Assembly: GCA_047404175.1 (NCBI GenBank)
Contig: JBDOIW010000040.1
Span: 21,255-85,254, forward strand
Direction: 5' to 3'
Origin: Legionellales bacterium
GTDB taxonomy: Bacteria; Pseudomonadota; Gammaproteobacteria; M30B25
DNA: 64,000 nucleotides
Positions 20,373 through 29,692 of the stretch are shown one piece after another. The translations under genes were made by a program, and so were the position numbers. The stretch's first letter is position 1; each line of letters opens with the position of its first letter. The notes beneath the pieces were generated by a model. That model was not told the DNA's origin. It did no database searches and saw nothing but the letters and a program-made list of their open reading frames with translations.

Positions 20373-21366
20373 CCCTCACTGGCGAAAAAAACTGTTCGAG
20401 TAAACGCTTATCATTTCTATAAAAGTCTCTTATGTCCGATATATTATAAGCCATCATAGTAAGCCTTTCTATGCCAATCCCAAAGGCATACCCCTGGATC
20501 TGAGTTGAATCAAAACCTGCTTTATCAATGACATTAGGATGAACCATACCACAGCCCATGACTTCCAACCATCGACCCTGGAAATAAAGATCCACCTCTG
20601 CAGAGGGCTCAGTAAATGGAAAGTAGGAAGGACGAAAACGCAACTTAACTTTGTGACCAAAAAACTCAGAAAGAAATGTTATAATAAGCGACTTAAGATC
20701 TGAAAAATTAGAGCTGTGGTCCAACTTTAACCCCTCTAGTTGGTGAAACACAGGTGAGTGTGTTGCATCCATGGTATCCGAACGAAAGACGCGCCCAGAA
20801 GAGACAATGGCAAGTGGAGGCTTATGAGTTTTAAGTGCTCTAATTTGCACTGAAGATGTATGAGTACGAAGCAATGTATCCGCATCGATGAAGAGCGTAT
20901 CTTGCATATCACGCGCAGGATGGTTTGGAGGAAAGTTCAAAGCTTCAAAATTATGATAATCGTCTTCGATCTCAGGGCCATCAACACATTCAAACCCTAA
21001 GCCTAATAAGATTGATTGTAAGCGTTTCTCGACTATGTGCAAAGGATGAAAACCACCTTTACTGAACGGCTTACCTGGCAAGGTAATATCGAGTGAATCT
21101 TCAAGTAATGTTTGCTCTAAAGCCTCATTTTGCAACGTTTGTTTTTTTTCAGCGATAGCTTTATGAAGACGCACTTTTGCTTGGTTTATCAACTGACCTT
21201 GTTGCTTTTTTTGCTCAGTCTCTAGAGAAGATAGAGCTTTTAGTGCTGCTGTAATTTTCCCAGACTTACCTAGGTAATCCACCTGAATTTGCTGAAGGGA
21301 GTCGAGCGTTTCACAAGACTGAACACGAGATATCCCTTCATCACCAATTGCTGAGAAGTCATCCAT
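20353..21366 (-). CDS. pheS: phenylalanine--tRNA ligase alpha subunit
   Basis: The 337-aa ORF has class II aaRS motifs (FRPSYFPFTEPS, GxGxERL). Confidence 0.93.
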   Translation of the reverse strand: MDDFSAIGDEGISRVQSCETLDSLQQIQVDYLGKSGKITAALKALSSLETEQKKQQGQLINQAKVRLHKAIAEKKQTLQNEALEQTLLEDSLDITLPGKPFSKGGFHPLHIVEKRLQSILLGLGFECVDGPEIEDDYHNFEALNFPPNHPARDMQDTLFIDADTLLRTHTSSVQIRALKTHKPPLAIVSSGRVFRSDTMDATHSPVFHQLEGLKLDHSSNFSDLKSLIITFLSEFFGHKVKLRFRPSYFPFTEPSAEVDLYFQGRWLEVMGCGMVHPNVIDKAGFDSTQIQGYAFGIGIERLTMMAYNISDIRDFYRNDKRLLEQFFSPVRVVDETK

Positions 21367-21378
21367 GCTAGTGTCTCA

Positions 21379-21726
21379 CTAAGACTTAGCGTGATTAGCA
21401 ATGACTTCAAATGTTTTCATGTCGTCTACTGCAATTTGTGCAAGCACTTTTCTGTCTAGCATAATACTAGATTTGTTAAGACCATGAATAAGCTGACTGT
21501 AAGAAATACCACAAAGTCTTGCTGCAGCATTGAGACGCAATATCCATAACGAACGAAATTGACGCTTACGTTGTTTACGGTCACGATAAGCATACTGACC
21601 CGCTTTAATGACTGCTTGCTTAGCTACACGATACACTCGACTACGAGCACCATAATAACCTTTAGCCTGATTTAAAACCTTTTTATGACGAGCTTTCGCT
21701 GTCACACCTCTTTTTACTCGTGCCAT
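21379..21726 (-). CDS. rplT: 50S ribosomal protein L20
   Basis: [18 protein letters not shown]... is canonical L20. Confidence 0.95.
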   Translation of the reverse strand: MARVKRGVTAKARHKKVLNQAKGYYGARSRVYRVAKQAVIKAGQYAYRDRKQRKRQFRSLWILRLNAAARLCGISYSQLIHGLNKSSIMLDRKVLAQIAVDDMKTFEVIANHAKS

Positions 21727-21729
21727 GAC

Positions 21730-21924
21730 TTAGCCCCCTCGTAACATTGATTGAATTTGTTTGACTGATGATTTAACAACACTCATCATCGGACGACGTT
21801 TGCGCTTCACAGAAGACTTTACTTTTGAGTTGATGTGACTTCTATTAGCTTGACGCACTTTTACATCGTTTTTTCTGGAGCGAAATCTTTTCTTTGCGCT
21901 CGAATTAGTTTTCATTTTTGGCAT
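21730..21924 (-). CDS. rpmI: 50S ribosomal protein L35
   Basis: The L35 consensus begins at the internal MPKMKTNSSAKKRF. GAGGAG lies directly upstream of that ATG. The ORF-track N-terminal extension (MAKRIRSDEEII) is probably not translated. Confidence 0.85.
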   Translation of the reverse strand: MPKMKTNSSAKKRFRSRKNDVKVRQANRSHINSKVKSSVKRKRRPMMSVVKSSVKQIQSMLRGG

Positions 21925-21937
21925 GATTATCTCCTCA

Positions 21938-22450
21938 TCACTTCTTATTCGTTTTGCCACTTAAAATCATAATAATTTGCCGACCTTCAGATTTTGCTTC
22001 TTGATCAACAGCTGCAAGCTCACCAAGATCTTCAACAATGCGCTTGATGACTTCTTCACCTCGTTGAAAATGCATCATCTCACGACCTTTAAAGCGCATA
22101 GTAACCTTCACCTTGTCACCGCCCTCAAGAAAGCGTTTGATATTCTTGAGCTTAACTGTATAGTCACCGACATCAATACTGGGAGTGAAGCGAACTTCGC
22201 GCAAAGAACGTTTTTTTTGCTTTTGCTTTTTTTGTTTGCCGAAATTCATTTTACCATAATCGAGTATTTTACAAGTAGGTGGTGTAGCATGAGGAGCAAT
22301 TTCTACCAAATCAAGGCCAGCTGCTTGTGCTTTACTCATAGCACTAGTGATCGACACGACACCACATGATGCTCCTGTTTCATCAATGAGCAAGACGTTT
22401 TGTGCTTGAATTTGGTGATTGGTCAAATAACCCTTTTTTGACGGCTTGAT
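21938..22450 (-). CDS. infC: translation initiation factor IF-3 (probable non-AUG start)
   Basis: IF-3 N- and C-domain similarity is clear. It is in frame 18 nt after the thrS stop: TAG-CTGGAGGAGTCCGTT-ATC. GGAGGAG is followed 6 nt later by ATC, and there is no ATG. E. coli infC uses AUU. Confidence 0.8.
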   Translation of the reverse strand: MKPSKKGYLTNHQIQAQNVLLIDETGASCGVVSITSAMSKAQAAGLDLVEIAPHATPPTCKILDYGKMNFGKQKKQKQKKRSLREVRFTPSIDVGDYTVKLKNIKRFLEGGDKVKVTMRFKGREMMHFQRGEEVIKRIVEDLGELAAVDQEAKSEGRQIIMILSGKTNKK

Positions 22451-22465
22451 AACGGACTCCTCCAG

Positions 22466-24379
22466 CTAATTCTTGTCAGCAATTATTACTTGTAACTGCT
22501 TTGTTAATTCATCTATTGTTATGCCGCTTTCCGATTTACCATCTAGTGTTCGGCATGATACTGTATCCGACTCGATCTCTTGATCACCAATAACGATAAG
22601 ATAAGGAATACGAGCCATTACATGCTCTCTAATTTTATACCCAATCTTCTCATTTCTCAAGTCTTTATGTGCCCTTATGCCTTGTTTTTTTAGCTTTTCT
22701 TGTATTTCGGTCACTTTTATATTGTGTTTTTCTGATATTCCTAGCACCATGGCCTGCTTAGGGGCCAACCAAAGTGGAAGCCCCTGATCAAACTGCTCAA
22801 GCAAAATGCCAATAAATCGCTCAAGTGAACCTAGTGTTGCACGGTGAATCATCACGGGAACCTCTTGCTCACTCTTTTCATTAATAAAGCTAGCGTCAAG
22901 ACGGCCTGGCATGGCAAAATCTAGCTGCACTGTACCGCACTGCCAACTTCGCCCCAAGCAATCAGTAATATGGAACTCGATCTTAGGACCATAAAAAGCA
23001 CCTTCTCCTTCTTGAAGAACCCAATCCATGGAACGATCATCAAGCACTTTGGCTAGTAAGCTTTCAGCAAGATCCCATAAAGATTCATCACCCACCCGCT
23101 GCTCAGGCCTGGTTGATAATGCCACCTTCACTTTCGTGAAACCAAAATCTTGATAAATCTCTTGAAGCTGCTCGATAAAACCTGACACCTCAGATTCTAT
23201 TTGCGACTCACGACAAAAAATATGACCATCATCTTGAACAAAATTCCTCAGGCGCATCAAGCCATGCAAGGCACCAGAAGGCTCGTTACGGTGGCAAGAA
23301 CCATATTCTGCCATACGAATAGGTAGCTCTCGATAACTTCTAAGGCGATGCTTAAAAATCTCCACATGACACGGACAATTCATGGGCTTGAGCACCATAC
23401 GCTTATCACTCTCTTCATCCTGAACCATAAACATATTGTCAGAAAATTTACCGATATGACCAGAAGCTTCCCACAAAGAACTATCCACCAACTGAGGCGT
23501 CGCAACTAAATGATAGCCATTCTGCTCAAATTTTTCTGTCAGATAGTGCTGAACTTGCCTGTACAAAACTTGGCCGTCTTCATGCCAAAATACCATACCA
23601 GGAGCCAAATCACTGATATGAGCCAAATCCATCTTTTGCATCATACGGCGATGATCACGCTTTTCAGCTTCAGACAACCTTTTAAGATAGGCATTAAGGT
23701 CTTCTTCAGATAACCATGCGGTGCCATAAATACGTTGCAGCATGGGATTATTGGAATCCCCTCGCCAATAGGCACCGGATACTTTAAGTAACTTGAACCA
23801 CTTAAGCAAACCAGTTCGAGGCACATGAGGGCCTCGACAAAGGTCAATAAAATCTCCCTGTGTATAAAAACTTAAGGTCTCACCTTTTGGGATATCGCGA
23901 ATAATTTCTTGCTTGTAGGGCTCTCCACTTTTTTCATAGAACGCTAAAGCCTCTTGTTGTGGCATGACAGATCGTGCAACAGGATGATTTTCTTTCACGA
24001 CTCGCTTCATCTCACGCTCGATTTTTTCTAAATCCTGCTCTGTAATAGACTGGCTGCAATCGATATCATAATAAAAACCATCTTCAATCACAGGCCCAAT
24101 GGTAATCTGACAATCAGGGAAAATTCTTTTGATAGCTTGGGCCATCAAATGCGCACACGAATGACGAACCACCTCAAGCGCTCGCTCATCGCCCAATGTC
24201 ACAAGCTCAAGACGAGCATCATTTTGAATCAGATAATCATGATCTCTCGCCTCACTATCAACCAAGGCATAAACAAGCTTCTTTGCAAGTGAAGAACTGA
24301 TGTCTTTGGCAATGGATAGAGGAGTTTGAGGCTCATCATAGCTAAGCGTATTGCCATCAGGAAGCGTTATGACCGGCAT
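22466..24379 (-). CDS. thrS: threonine--tRNA ligase
   Basis: It starts at MPVITLPDG, identical to the E. coli ThrRS N-terminus. TGS, editing and class II catalytic motifs are present. The ORF-track 5' extension runs into tRNA-Val and is rejected. Confidence 0.93.
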   Translation of the reverse strand: MPVITLPDGNTLSYDEPQTPLSIAKDISSSLAKKLVYALVDSEARDHDYLIQNDARLELVTLGDERALEVVRHSCAHLMAQAIKRIFPDCQITIGPVIEDGFYYDIDCSQSITEQDLEKIEREMKRVVKENHPVARSVMPQQEALAFYEKSGEPYKQEIIRDIPKGETLSFYTQGDFIDLCRGPHVPRTGLLKWFKLLKVSGAYWRGDSNNPMLQRIYGTAWLSEEDLNAYLKRLSEAEKRDHRRMMQKMDLAHISDLAPGMVFWHEDGQVLYRQVQHYLTEKFEQNGYHLVATPQLVDSSLWEASGHIGKFSDNMFMVQDEESDKRMVLKPMNCPCHVEIFKHRLRSYRELPIRMAEYGSCHRNEPSGALHGLMRLRNFVQDDGHIFCRESQIESEVSGFIEQLQEIYQDFGFTKVKVALSTRPEQRVGDESLWDLAESLLAKVLDDRSMDWVLQEGEGAFYGPKIEFHITDCLGRSWQCGTVQLDFAMPGRLDASFINEKSEQEVPVMIHRATLGSLERFIGILLEQFDQGLPLWLAPKQAMVLGISEKHNIKVTEIQEKLKKQGIRAHKDLRNEKIGYKIREHVMARIPYLIVIGDQEIESDTVSCRTLDGKSESGITIDELTKQLQVIIADKN

Positions 24380-24394
24380 AGAATTCCTTGAAAA

Positions 24395-24469
24395 TGGTAG
24401 GCACGAGTGGAATCGAACCACCGACCACCACCATGTCAAGGTGGTGCTCTACCACTGAGCTACGCGCCT
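24395..24469 (-). tRNA. tRNA-Val (anticodon GAC)
   Basis: The 75-nt cloverleaf has D-arm TAGCTCAGTGGTAGAGCA, anticodon stem CCACC/GGTGG, loop TTGACAT and T-arm GGTTCGATTCC. Its 3' end lies 15 nt before the thrS ATG. Confidence 0.88.
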
Positions 24470-24582
24470 GTATTCATTAAGCCACTGATTCTAACACGCC
24501 CAACACCCAAGTGCAATCAAAACGTCACTCAAAAGCACTAAAACCAGCTTCAAAAATCACCTAAAAAACAAGGACCAGCATT

Positions 24583-25674
24583 GTGATTGAGCAAAAAATC
24601 ACCTATAATAACGCTACTTTTTCTTGTACACTAATTACTATGTCTAAACAGAGCATTGCCATCCCATGCAAGACGGTAGGCCCCATACACATTCGTACCG
24701 ACCAAGAGGATAATGCATTACACTTTCATGCACCTCTGGCTACCTTCGAAAAACCTGTGTGGTTTGCTGTTGGTCGTGGGGCCCGGCTGAGTCGCCAGGG
24801 CAACCCAATCCATACCTACTGCCTTGGTGAGCAGATGACACGATCGATTGTTTTCACCTCTGCCAGTGCTGCAGGTGCTATCAGTCTCAAAGCAAGCATT
24901 CAGTCTCGCTTCACTGATCTCTGCCAAGTAGTTGCACAAACCTCAAACTATGCAACACTCACAAAGCTCGACTTCACGCACTTAGGTAACAAGCTGTATT
25001 GTCGATGCTACTACACCACTGGTGATGCCGCAGGACACAATATGGTCACGAAAGCTTCAGATGCCATAGGTCAGCACATTGCCTCTTGGCCTGGCGACCA
25101 TCGCTACCTATCAGTTTCTGCTAACTTATGTACTGACAAGAAAGTATCATCTATCAATCCCCATGAAGGTCGCGGTAAAAAAATGCTTGCTGAAATAGTA
25201 CTAGATAGATCAGCGATCGAAAAGGTTCTTCATACAACGCCTGAAGCACTCGTTGAGCTGCACATTACCAAAAATCTGGCTGGATCCATATTGGCAGGCA
25301 GCCTCCACTCAGCCAATGCACATGTTGCCAATACATTACTGGCCTTTTATCTTGCAACAGGGCAGGACGCTGCTAATATCGTTGAAGGATCTCAAGCCAT
25401 GGTGCACACAGAAATGCAGGGGAATGACCAACTTTATTTTAGTGTGACACTTCCTTCTCTAGTGATAGGAAGTGTAGGCCAAGGCAAAAACGATGGTGAT
25501 ACCTACCAGAATATTCAAGCGATAGCACATAAGCACCCTGTCAACAGTCAAACACTTGCACATGTTTGTGCTGCAGCAGTACTTTGTAGTGAGATCTCTC
25601 TCCTAGCGGCACAAACCAAACCTGGTGAATTAGTCAAGAGTCATATGATATTAGAAAGAAGGACCCAAACATGA
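24583..25674 (+). CDS. mvaA: HMG-CoA reductase homologue (class I-like, short form)
   Basis: It has TTGDAAGHNMVTKASDAIG (compare DAMGMNM), IAIPCKTVGPIHI (compare PIPVGVAGPL) and VIGSVGQGKND (compare GTVGGGT). The start is GTG, and an in-frame stop 18 nt upstream caps the length at about 369 aa. Confidence 0.65.
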   Translation: MIEQKITYNNATFSCTLITMSKQSIAIPCKTVGPIHIRTDQEDNALHFHAPLATFEKPVWFAVGRGARLSRQGNPIHTYCLGEQMTRSIVFTSASAAGAISLKASIQSRFTDLCQVVAQTSNYATLTKLDFTHLGNKLYCRCYYTTGDAAGHNMVTKASDAIGQHIASWPGDHRYLSVSANLCTDKKVSSINPHEGRGKKMLAEIVLDRSAIEKVLHTTPEALVELHITKNLAGSILAGSLHSANAHVANTLLAFYLATGQDAANIVEGSQAMVHTEMQGNDQLYFSVTLPSLVIGSVGQGKNDGDTYQNIQAIAHKHPVNSQTLAHVCAAAVLCSEISLLAAQTKPGELVKSHMILERRTQT

Positions 25675-26906
25675 GCAGTATCGGTATTGAAGGCCTAAGT
25701 ATTTACTCTCCTGGACAACAATTTCTACTAACAACATTGAGCGAATTACGAGGTCATGCCTCTGGCTATTTTACTAAAAGCTCTGGACATATCAGCATGG
25801 CCATCCCTATGATGCATGAAGATGTTGTAACCATGGCAGCCGAGGCATGCTCAAAGCTTCCCTGCAGCCTTGATGATGTGACGCTTGTGCTCTTTGCAAC
25901 CGAGTCCTCAAAGGACCAATCCAAAGCTCAAGGTATCTACTTACATCGACTGCTCCAACTACGACCAGACTGTCGTGTTATTGAATTAAAACAAGCCTGC
26001 TATTCTGCAACAGCAGGCATACAATTAGCCATCGCCCACGTGATGCGCCACCCCAAGGAAAAAGTGCTTGTTGTGGCTTCTGACATTGCTTTTTACGAAC
26101 CCTACACAGTTGCAGAAGGGTCACAAGGAGCCGGGGCCACGGCTATTTTAATAAGTCAAAATGCAAAAATTGCCACATTGAGTGACCACGCAGGCTTTGT
26201 CACAGAAGACCACATGGACTTTTGGCGCCCTAACCACCTACCCTATCCCCGTGTTGATGGTCGTCTATCTTGCGACTTATATATTCGTCTTCTTCATCAG
26301 TGTTGGCAGCAATATAGTCAAAAATCTGGCCTGGACTACCATGATCACCAAGGCTTTTGCTTTCACACACCACTTAAGAAACTTGCGCTCAATGCTCACC
26401 GAAAACTTCTCCTGAAACAAAAAATCACCCCAGATGAAACAATGCAGCAACGCATAGAAACTAGTTTTTTATACGCAACCCACATCGGTAATACTTATAG
26501 TGCTTCCTTAATGATGTCTTTTGCATCCTTACTTAAACACTGTCACGACGATCTTGCTGGACAACGAATTGCTATGTACAGCTATGGCTCCGGCTGTGTT
26601 GCCGAGTGCTTTCACTTACAACCTATTACTGGCTACCAGCAACATCTCTCTCATTTACCTAGCATAGAAGCCCTTGAGCAGCGACCCACACTCTCACAAG
26701 ATAGCTACTTAAGCCTTATCGCTCATAACAAAAGCAACGACTACTCATCTGCCCATTCACTCAAATCAGAAGCTCACATTAGTGAGAAACAAGAAAATGG
26801 TGCCGTTTCAAGCTTCACAGCGCAGGACAAAACACAAGCACCCACCAGCACCTTTTCATTGCAGGGTCACGTCAATGACGCCCCTCAATACGAGCAGCAA
26901 TCATGA
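25671..26906 (+). CDS. mvaS: HMG-CoA synthase
   Basis: It has the ATESSKDQSKA...LKQACYSATAGIQLA active-site Cys region of HMGS. Its start overlaps the mvaA stop. Confidence 0.88.
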   Translation: MSSIGIEGLSIYSPGQQFLLTTLSELRGHASGYFTKSSGHISMAIPMMHEDVVTMAAEACSKLPCSLDDVTLVLFATESSKDQSKAQGIYLHRLLQLRPDCRVIELKQACYSATAGIQLAIAHVMRHPKEKVLVVASDIAFYEPYTVAEGSQGAGATAILISQNAKIATLSDHAGFVTEDHMDFWRPNHLPYPRVDGRLSCDLYIRLLHQCWQQYSQKSGLDYHDHQGFCFHTPLKKLALNAHRKLLLKQKITPDETMQQRIETSFLYATHIGNTYSASLMMSFASLLKHCHDDLAGQRIAMYSYGSGCVAECFHLQPITGYQQHLSHLPSIEALEQRPTLSQDSYLSLIAHNKSNDYSSAHSLKSEAHISEKQENGAVSSFTAQDKTQAPTSTFSLQGHVNDAPQYEQQS

Positions 26907-27808
26907 CAACAGTCTCATCTAGCCCAGGTAAACTTATCCTTGCGGGCGAGCATACTGTGCTATGTGGCGCTCAGGCCATTGCTGTTGCAATTCAAGAATA
27001 TACGTCTATTACACTTTTGAATTGTTCTGAGACAAAACTATCCATTCCTCCCTTGGGCATTACCAAGACGCCCCTTAATCAACTAGTCACCCCTCATCTC
27101 GCCACCATCAAGCATGCGATTAGCTCTCTCATCGATATGACTCCAGGCCAAGTAAATCTTGATATAACCATTGATACAAGTATCCCAATGGGGGCAGGCA
27201 TGGGCTCCTCCGCCTCCGTGTTTAGCGCGCTTACAAAAGCATGGCAGCATCACTTTATGCTTGAATTTGATATCATTCCTATTGTGCAGCATTTTGAACA
27301 GATTGCCCATCATCAAGCAAGCCAAGTCGATGCTCATACAGTGATTCATGGAGGAGCCTGGACTTTCCCCCCTGCACAGCAAGCTAATCCTATTCATTGC
27401 GAACTCACCGGCTGGTATTGGCTGAACACAGGCCGTCCGCAGTCTAGTACTGCTGAATGTGTGAAGCATACACTTCCCTTGCTTAAAGCTCATCCTGAGT
27501 GGACTCAGCTCAGTGATAAAGCAGCCCAAGATCTTTGTCAGGGTTTGCAAGACAATACGCCTGATTTGATTCATGAAAGCCTTCAGACCCTTCATCAGAA
27601 TCTTGTGCGTCTTGGCGTTGTGCCTACCTCTATTCAGGCACAAATTGAATCACTCAGATCACAAGGCATAAGTGCAAAAATAAGTGGAGCTGGCACACTT
27701 GTTGGTGATCAAGCTGGCATACTTTTACTTTACTCACCCAATGTTAAGCCAGATCTTGATGGTGTCAAACCACTTGTTTTATCAAAAAAAGGGGTGCATC
27801 TATGTTAA
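26903..27808 (+). CDS. mvk: mevalonate kinase (GHMP family)
   Basis: It has GKLILAGEHTVLCG and the GHMP motif PMGAGMGSSASV. Confidence 0.8.
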   Translation: MTTVSSSPGKLILAGEHTVLCGAQAIAVAIQEYTSITLLNCSETKLSIPPLGITKTPLNQLVTPHLATIKHAISSLIDMTPGQVNLDITIDTSIPMGAGMGSSASVFSALTKAWQHHFMLEFDIIPIVQHFEQIAHHQASQVDAHTVIHGGAWTFPPAQQANPIHCELTGWYWLNTGRPQSSTAECVKHTLPLLKAHPEWTQLSDKAAQDLCQGLQDNTPDLIHESLQTLHQNLVRLGVVPTSIQAQIESLRSQGISAKISGAGTLVGDQAGILLLYSPNVKPDLDGVKPLVLSKKGVHLC

Positions 27809-28704
27809 CAGTGAGTGCACCTGGATCTCTTATGATTGCCGGTGAACATGCCGTACTTGAAGGAGAAAAAGCCATAGTGATGGCCATTGATCACCGACTT
27901 ACTGTCAAGGTTAAAGAAGCCAAAGATAATAAAATAAGCATTGAATCACTACTGGGCACACGCCACTATACCTTGCCTCTCAAAAATATGAATCGTAGTG
28001 ATTGGCAGGATAGAATTCTTTATCACTTTAAAGACCAGATTGACCATGGCCTAGACATTGAAATTGAATCTTCGATTAACTCAGAACTGGGATTAGGTTC
28101 TTCAGCGGCGCTTATCACGGCTCTTTTCTATGCACTTAATCTAGTCACCCAACAAGCTATTTCATCCTATCACCATCACTGGCAAGAGTGCCTTGCTTTT
28201 CTTAGGCAGTATCAACCACAAGCCTCAGGCTCTGATCTTGCTGCTAGTCATTTTGGCGGCATACTAGAGCTTGATCCTAAGCAAGCATCAATCAATAGTT
28301 TTCGAACAAATGCCAAGTGGCTTATTGCTTATACTGGCTACAAAACCAAAACGCACGCAGTCATTGAACAAGTTCGTCAACACTATGATCCCACTCTTTT
28401 TAATCTGATTGGAGCCACCACTACTCAGCTGAAAGCTGCCCTGGTAGAATCTGACTTATCCACTGCAGGTGAACTTATGAATAAGCTTTATCAGTATCAA
28501 CAAAGACTCCACACAAACTGCAAGCATTCAGACACGCTCTGGGATCTGATGAGATCAAACTGTTTTGGTGCCAAACTTTCAGGCTCTGGATTGGGCGACT
28601 GCATGATTGGTCTCCTCAAGACCTCGGACATCCCAGATCAACTTGGGCCATACTCGACAATCGATTGCAGGCCAGATCAGCAAGGACTACTTTGCCATGA
28701 CTGA
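27802..28704 (+). CDS. pmk: second GHMP kinase, probable phosphomevalonate kinase
   Basis: It has SAPGSLMIAGEHAVLEG and LGLGSSAALITA. It lies between the mevalonate kinase and the decarboxylase genes. The MK versus PMK assignment for the two kinases is inferred. Confidence 0.6.
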   Translation: MLTVSAPGSLMIAGEHAVLEGEKAIVMAIDHRLTVKVKEAKDNKISIESLLGTRHYTLPLKNMNRSDWQDRILYHFKDQIDHGLDIEIESSINSELGLGSSAALITALFYALNLVTQQAISSYHHHWQECLAFLRQYQPQASGSDLAASHFGGILELDPKQASINSFRTNAKWLIAYTGYKTKTHAVIEQVRQHYDPTLFNLIGATTTQLKAALVESDLSTAGELMNKLYQYQQRLHTNCKHSDTLWDLMRSNCFGAKLSGSGLGDCMIGLLKTSDIPDQLGPYSTIDCRPDQQGLLCHD

Positions 28705-29692
28705 CCACTATGACCAGCTCAAAGCTAGGATTACATCGACAACACCTTTAGCAAGTGCCACTGCCTTTGCTCCTAGCAACATCGCGCTGTGCAAGTATTG
28801 GGGCAAGCGTGATGTATCTCTTAACTTACCACTGACAGATTCACTTTCCATTAGCCTAGGTCACCTAGGTGCTACGACAACTGTCTCGATCAATACCCAT
28901 CAAGATATCTATACTCTAAATGGTCTTCAACAACCTACAAATAGTAGCTTTTACCGTCGTTTGCATGTATTTCTTAATCACTTCCGAACAAAGCAAACGC
29001 CTTATTTTAGCGTCAAGAGTGAGCTCAATATTCCTTACGCTGCTGGCCTTGCCTCCTCTGCCTGTGGCTTTGCAGCCATCACTGAGGCACTTAACAAGTT
29101 ATTGCAACTTGAGCTCGACAAAAAATCACTTTCCCAAATCAGCCGACTAGGTAGTGGCAGTGCTGCTCGATCACACTGGCAGGGCTTAGTCCACTGGCAT
29201 AGTGGACAAGCTAATGATGGCAGCGATTGCTTTGCCACAGCCATGCCGAACATACTCCCTCACATGCGAATTGGCATAATTTTAACGGAACAATCGAGCA
29301 AGCTTGTAAGCTCCCGTCAAGCCATGCAGCAGTGCTTCACATCGGAAAGCACAAAACAAGCATGGCAATCATTGACCAACACAACCCTCCAACGTTTACA
29401 AAAAGCGATTGATGAGATGGATTGGCCCACTGTTGGACAGTGCACACAATCCCATGCTCAAGCGATGCACCAACTTATTCAAGAGCATTGTGGCGCTATC
29501 TTTGATAACTCAGAGAGCATCGCTATCAAAAAAAAGATTGAGTCACTGCAACAAGATGGTGAAAGAGTTTTCTGGACTCAAGATGCTGGGCCACAAATCA
29601 AACTTTTATTCAAACAGGAAAACGAGCAATCACTCCTTAAAATCTTTCCTGATATCCTTATTATTAACCCCTGGGAGCACAATCATGCCTGA
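28697..29692 (+). CDS. mvaD: diphosphomevalonate decarboxylase
   Basis: The true start is the internal MTDHYDQ. APSNIALCKYWGKRD matches the MDD signature. An ATGA overlap joins it to the upstream gene. Confidence 0.88.
   Translation: MTDHYDQLKARITSTTPLASATAFAPSNIALCKYWGKRDVSLNLPLTDSLSISLGHLGATTTVSINTHQDIYTLNGLQQPTNSSFYRRLHVFLNHFRTKQTPYFSVKSELNIPYAAGLASSACGFAAITEALNKLLQLELDKKSLSQISRLGSGSAARSHWQGLVHWHSGQANDGSDCFATAMPNILPHMRIGIILTEQSSKLVSSRQAMQQCFTSESTKQAWQSLTNTTLQRLQKAIDEMDWPTVGQCTQSHAQAMHQLIQEHCGAIFDNSESIAIKKKIESLQQDGERVFWTQDAGPQIKLLFKQENEQSLLKIFPDILIINPWEHNHA

Noticed and set aside
21925-21960. N-terminal 12-aa extension of L35 (MAKRIRSDEEII)
   Set aside because: L35 consensus and the SD (GAGGAG) support the internal ATG at 21924. 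The extension would also overlap the infC stop region.
24380-24439. N-terminal extension of the thrS ORF (MTWWWSVVRFHSCLPFSRNS)
   Set aside because: It overlaps the tRNA-Val gene. ThrRS homology begins at the internal MPVITLPDG.
27083-27643. 186-aa minus-strand ORF inside mevalonate kinase
   Set aside because: It is antisense to a well-supported GHMP kinase gene and has no domain.
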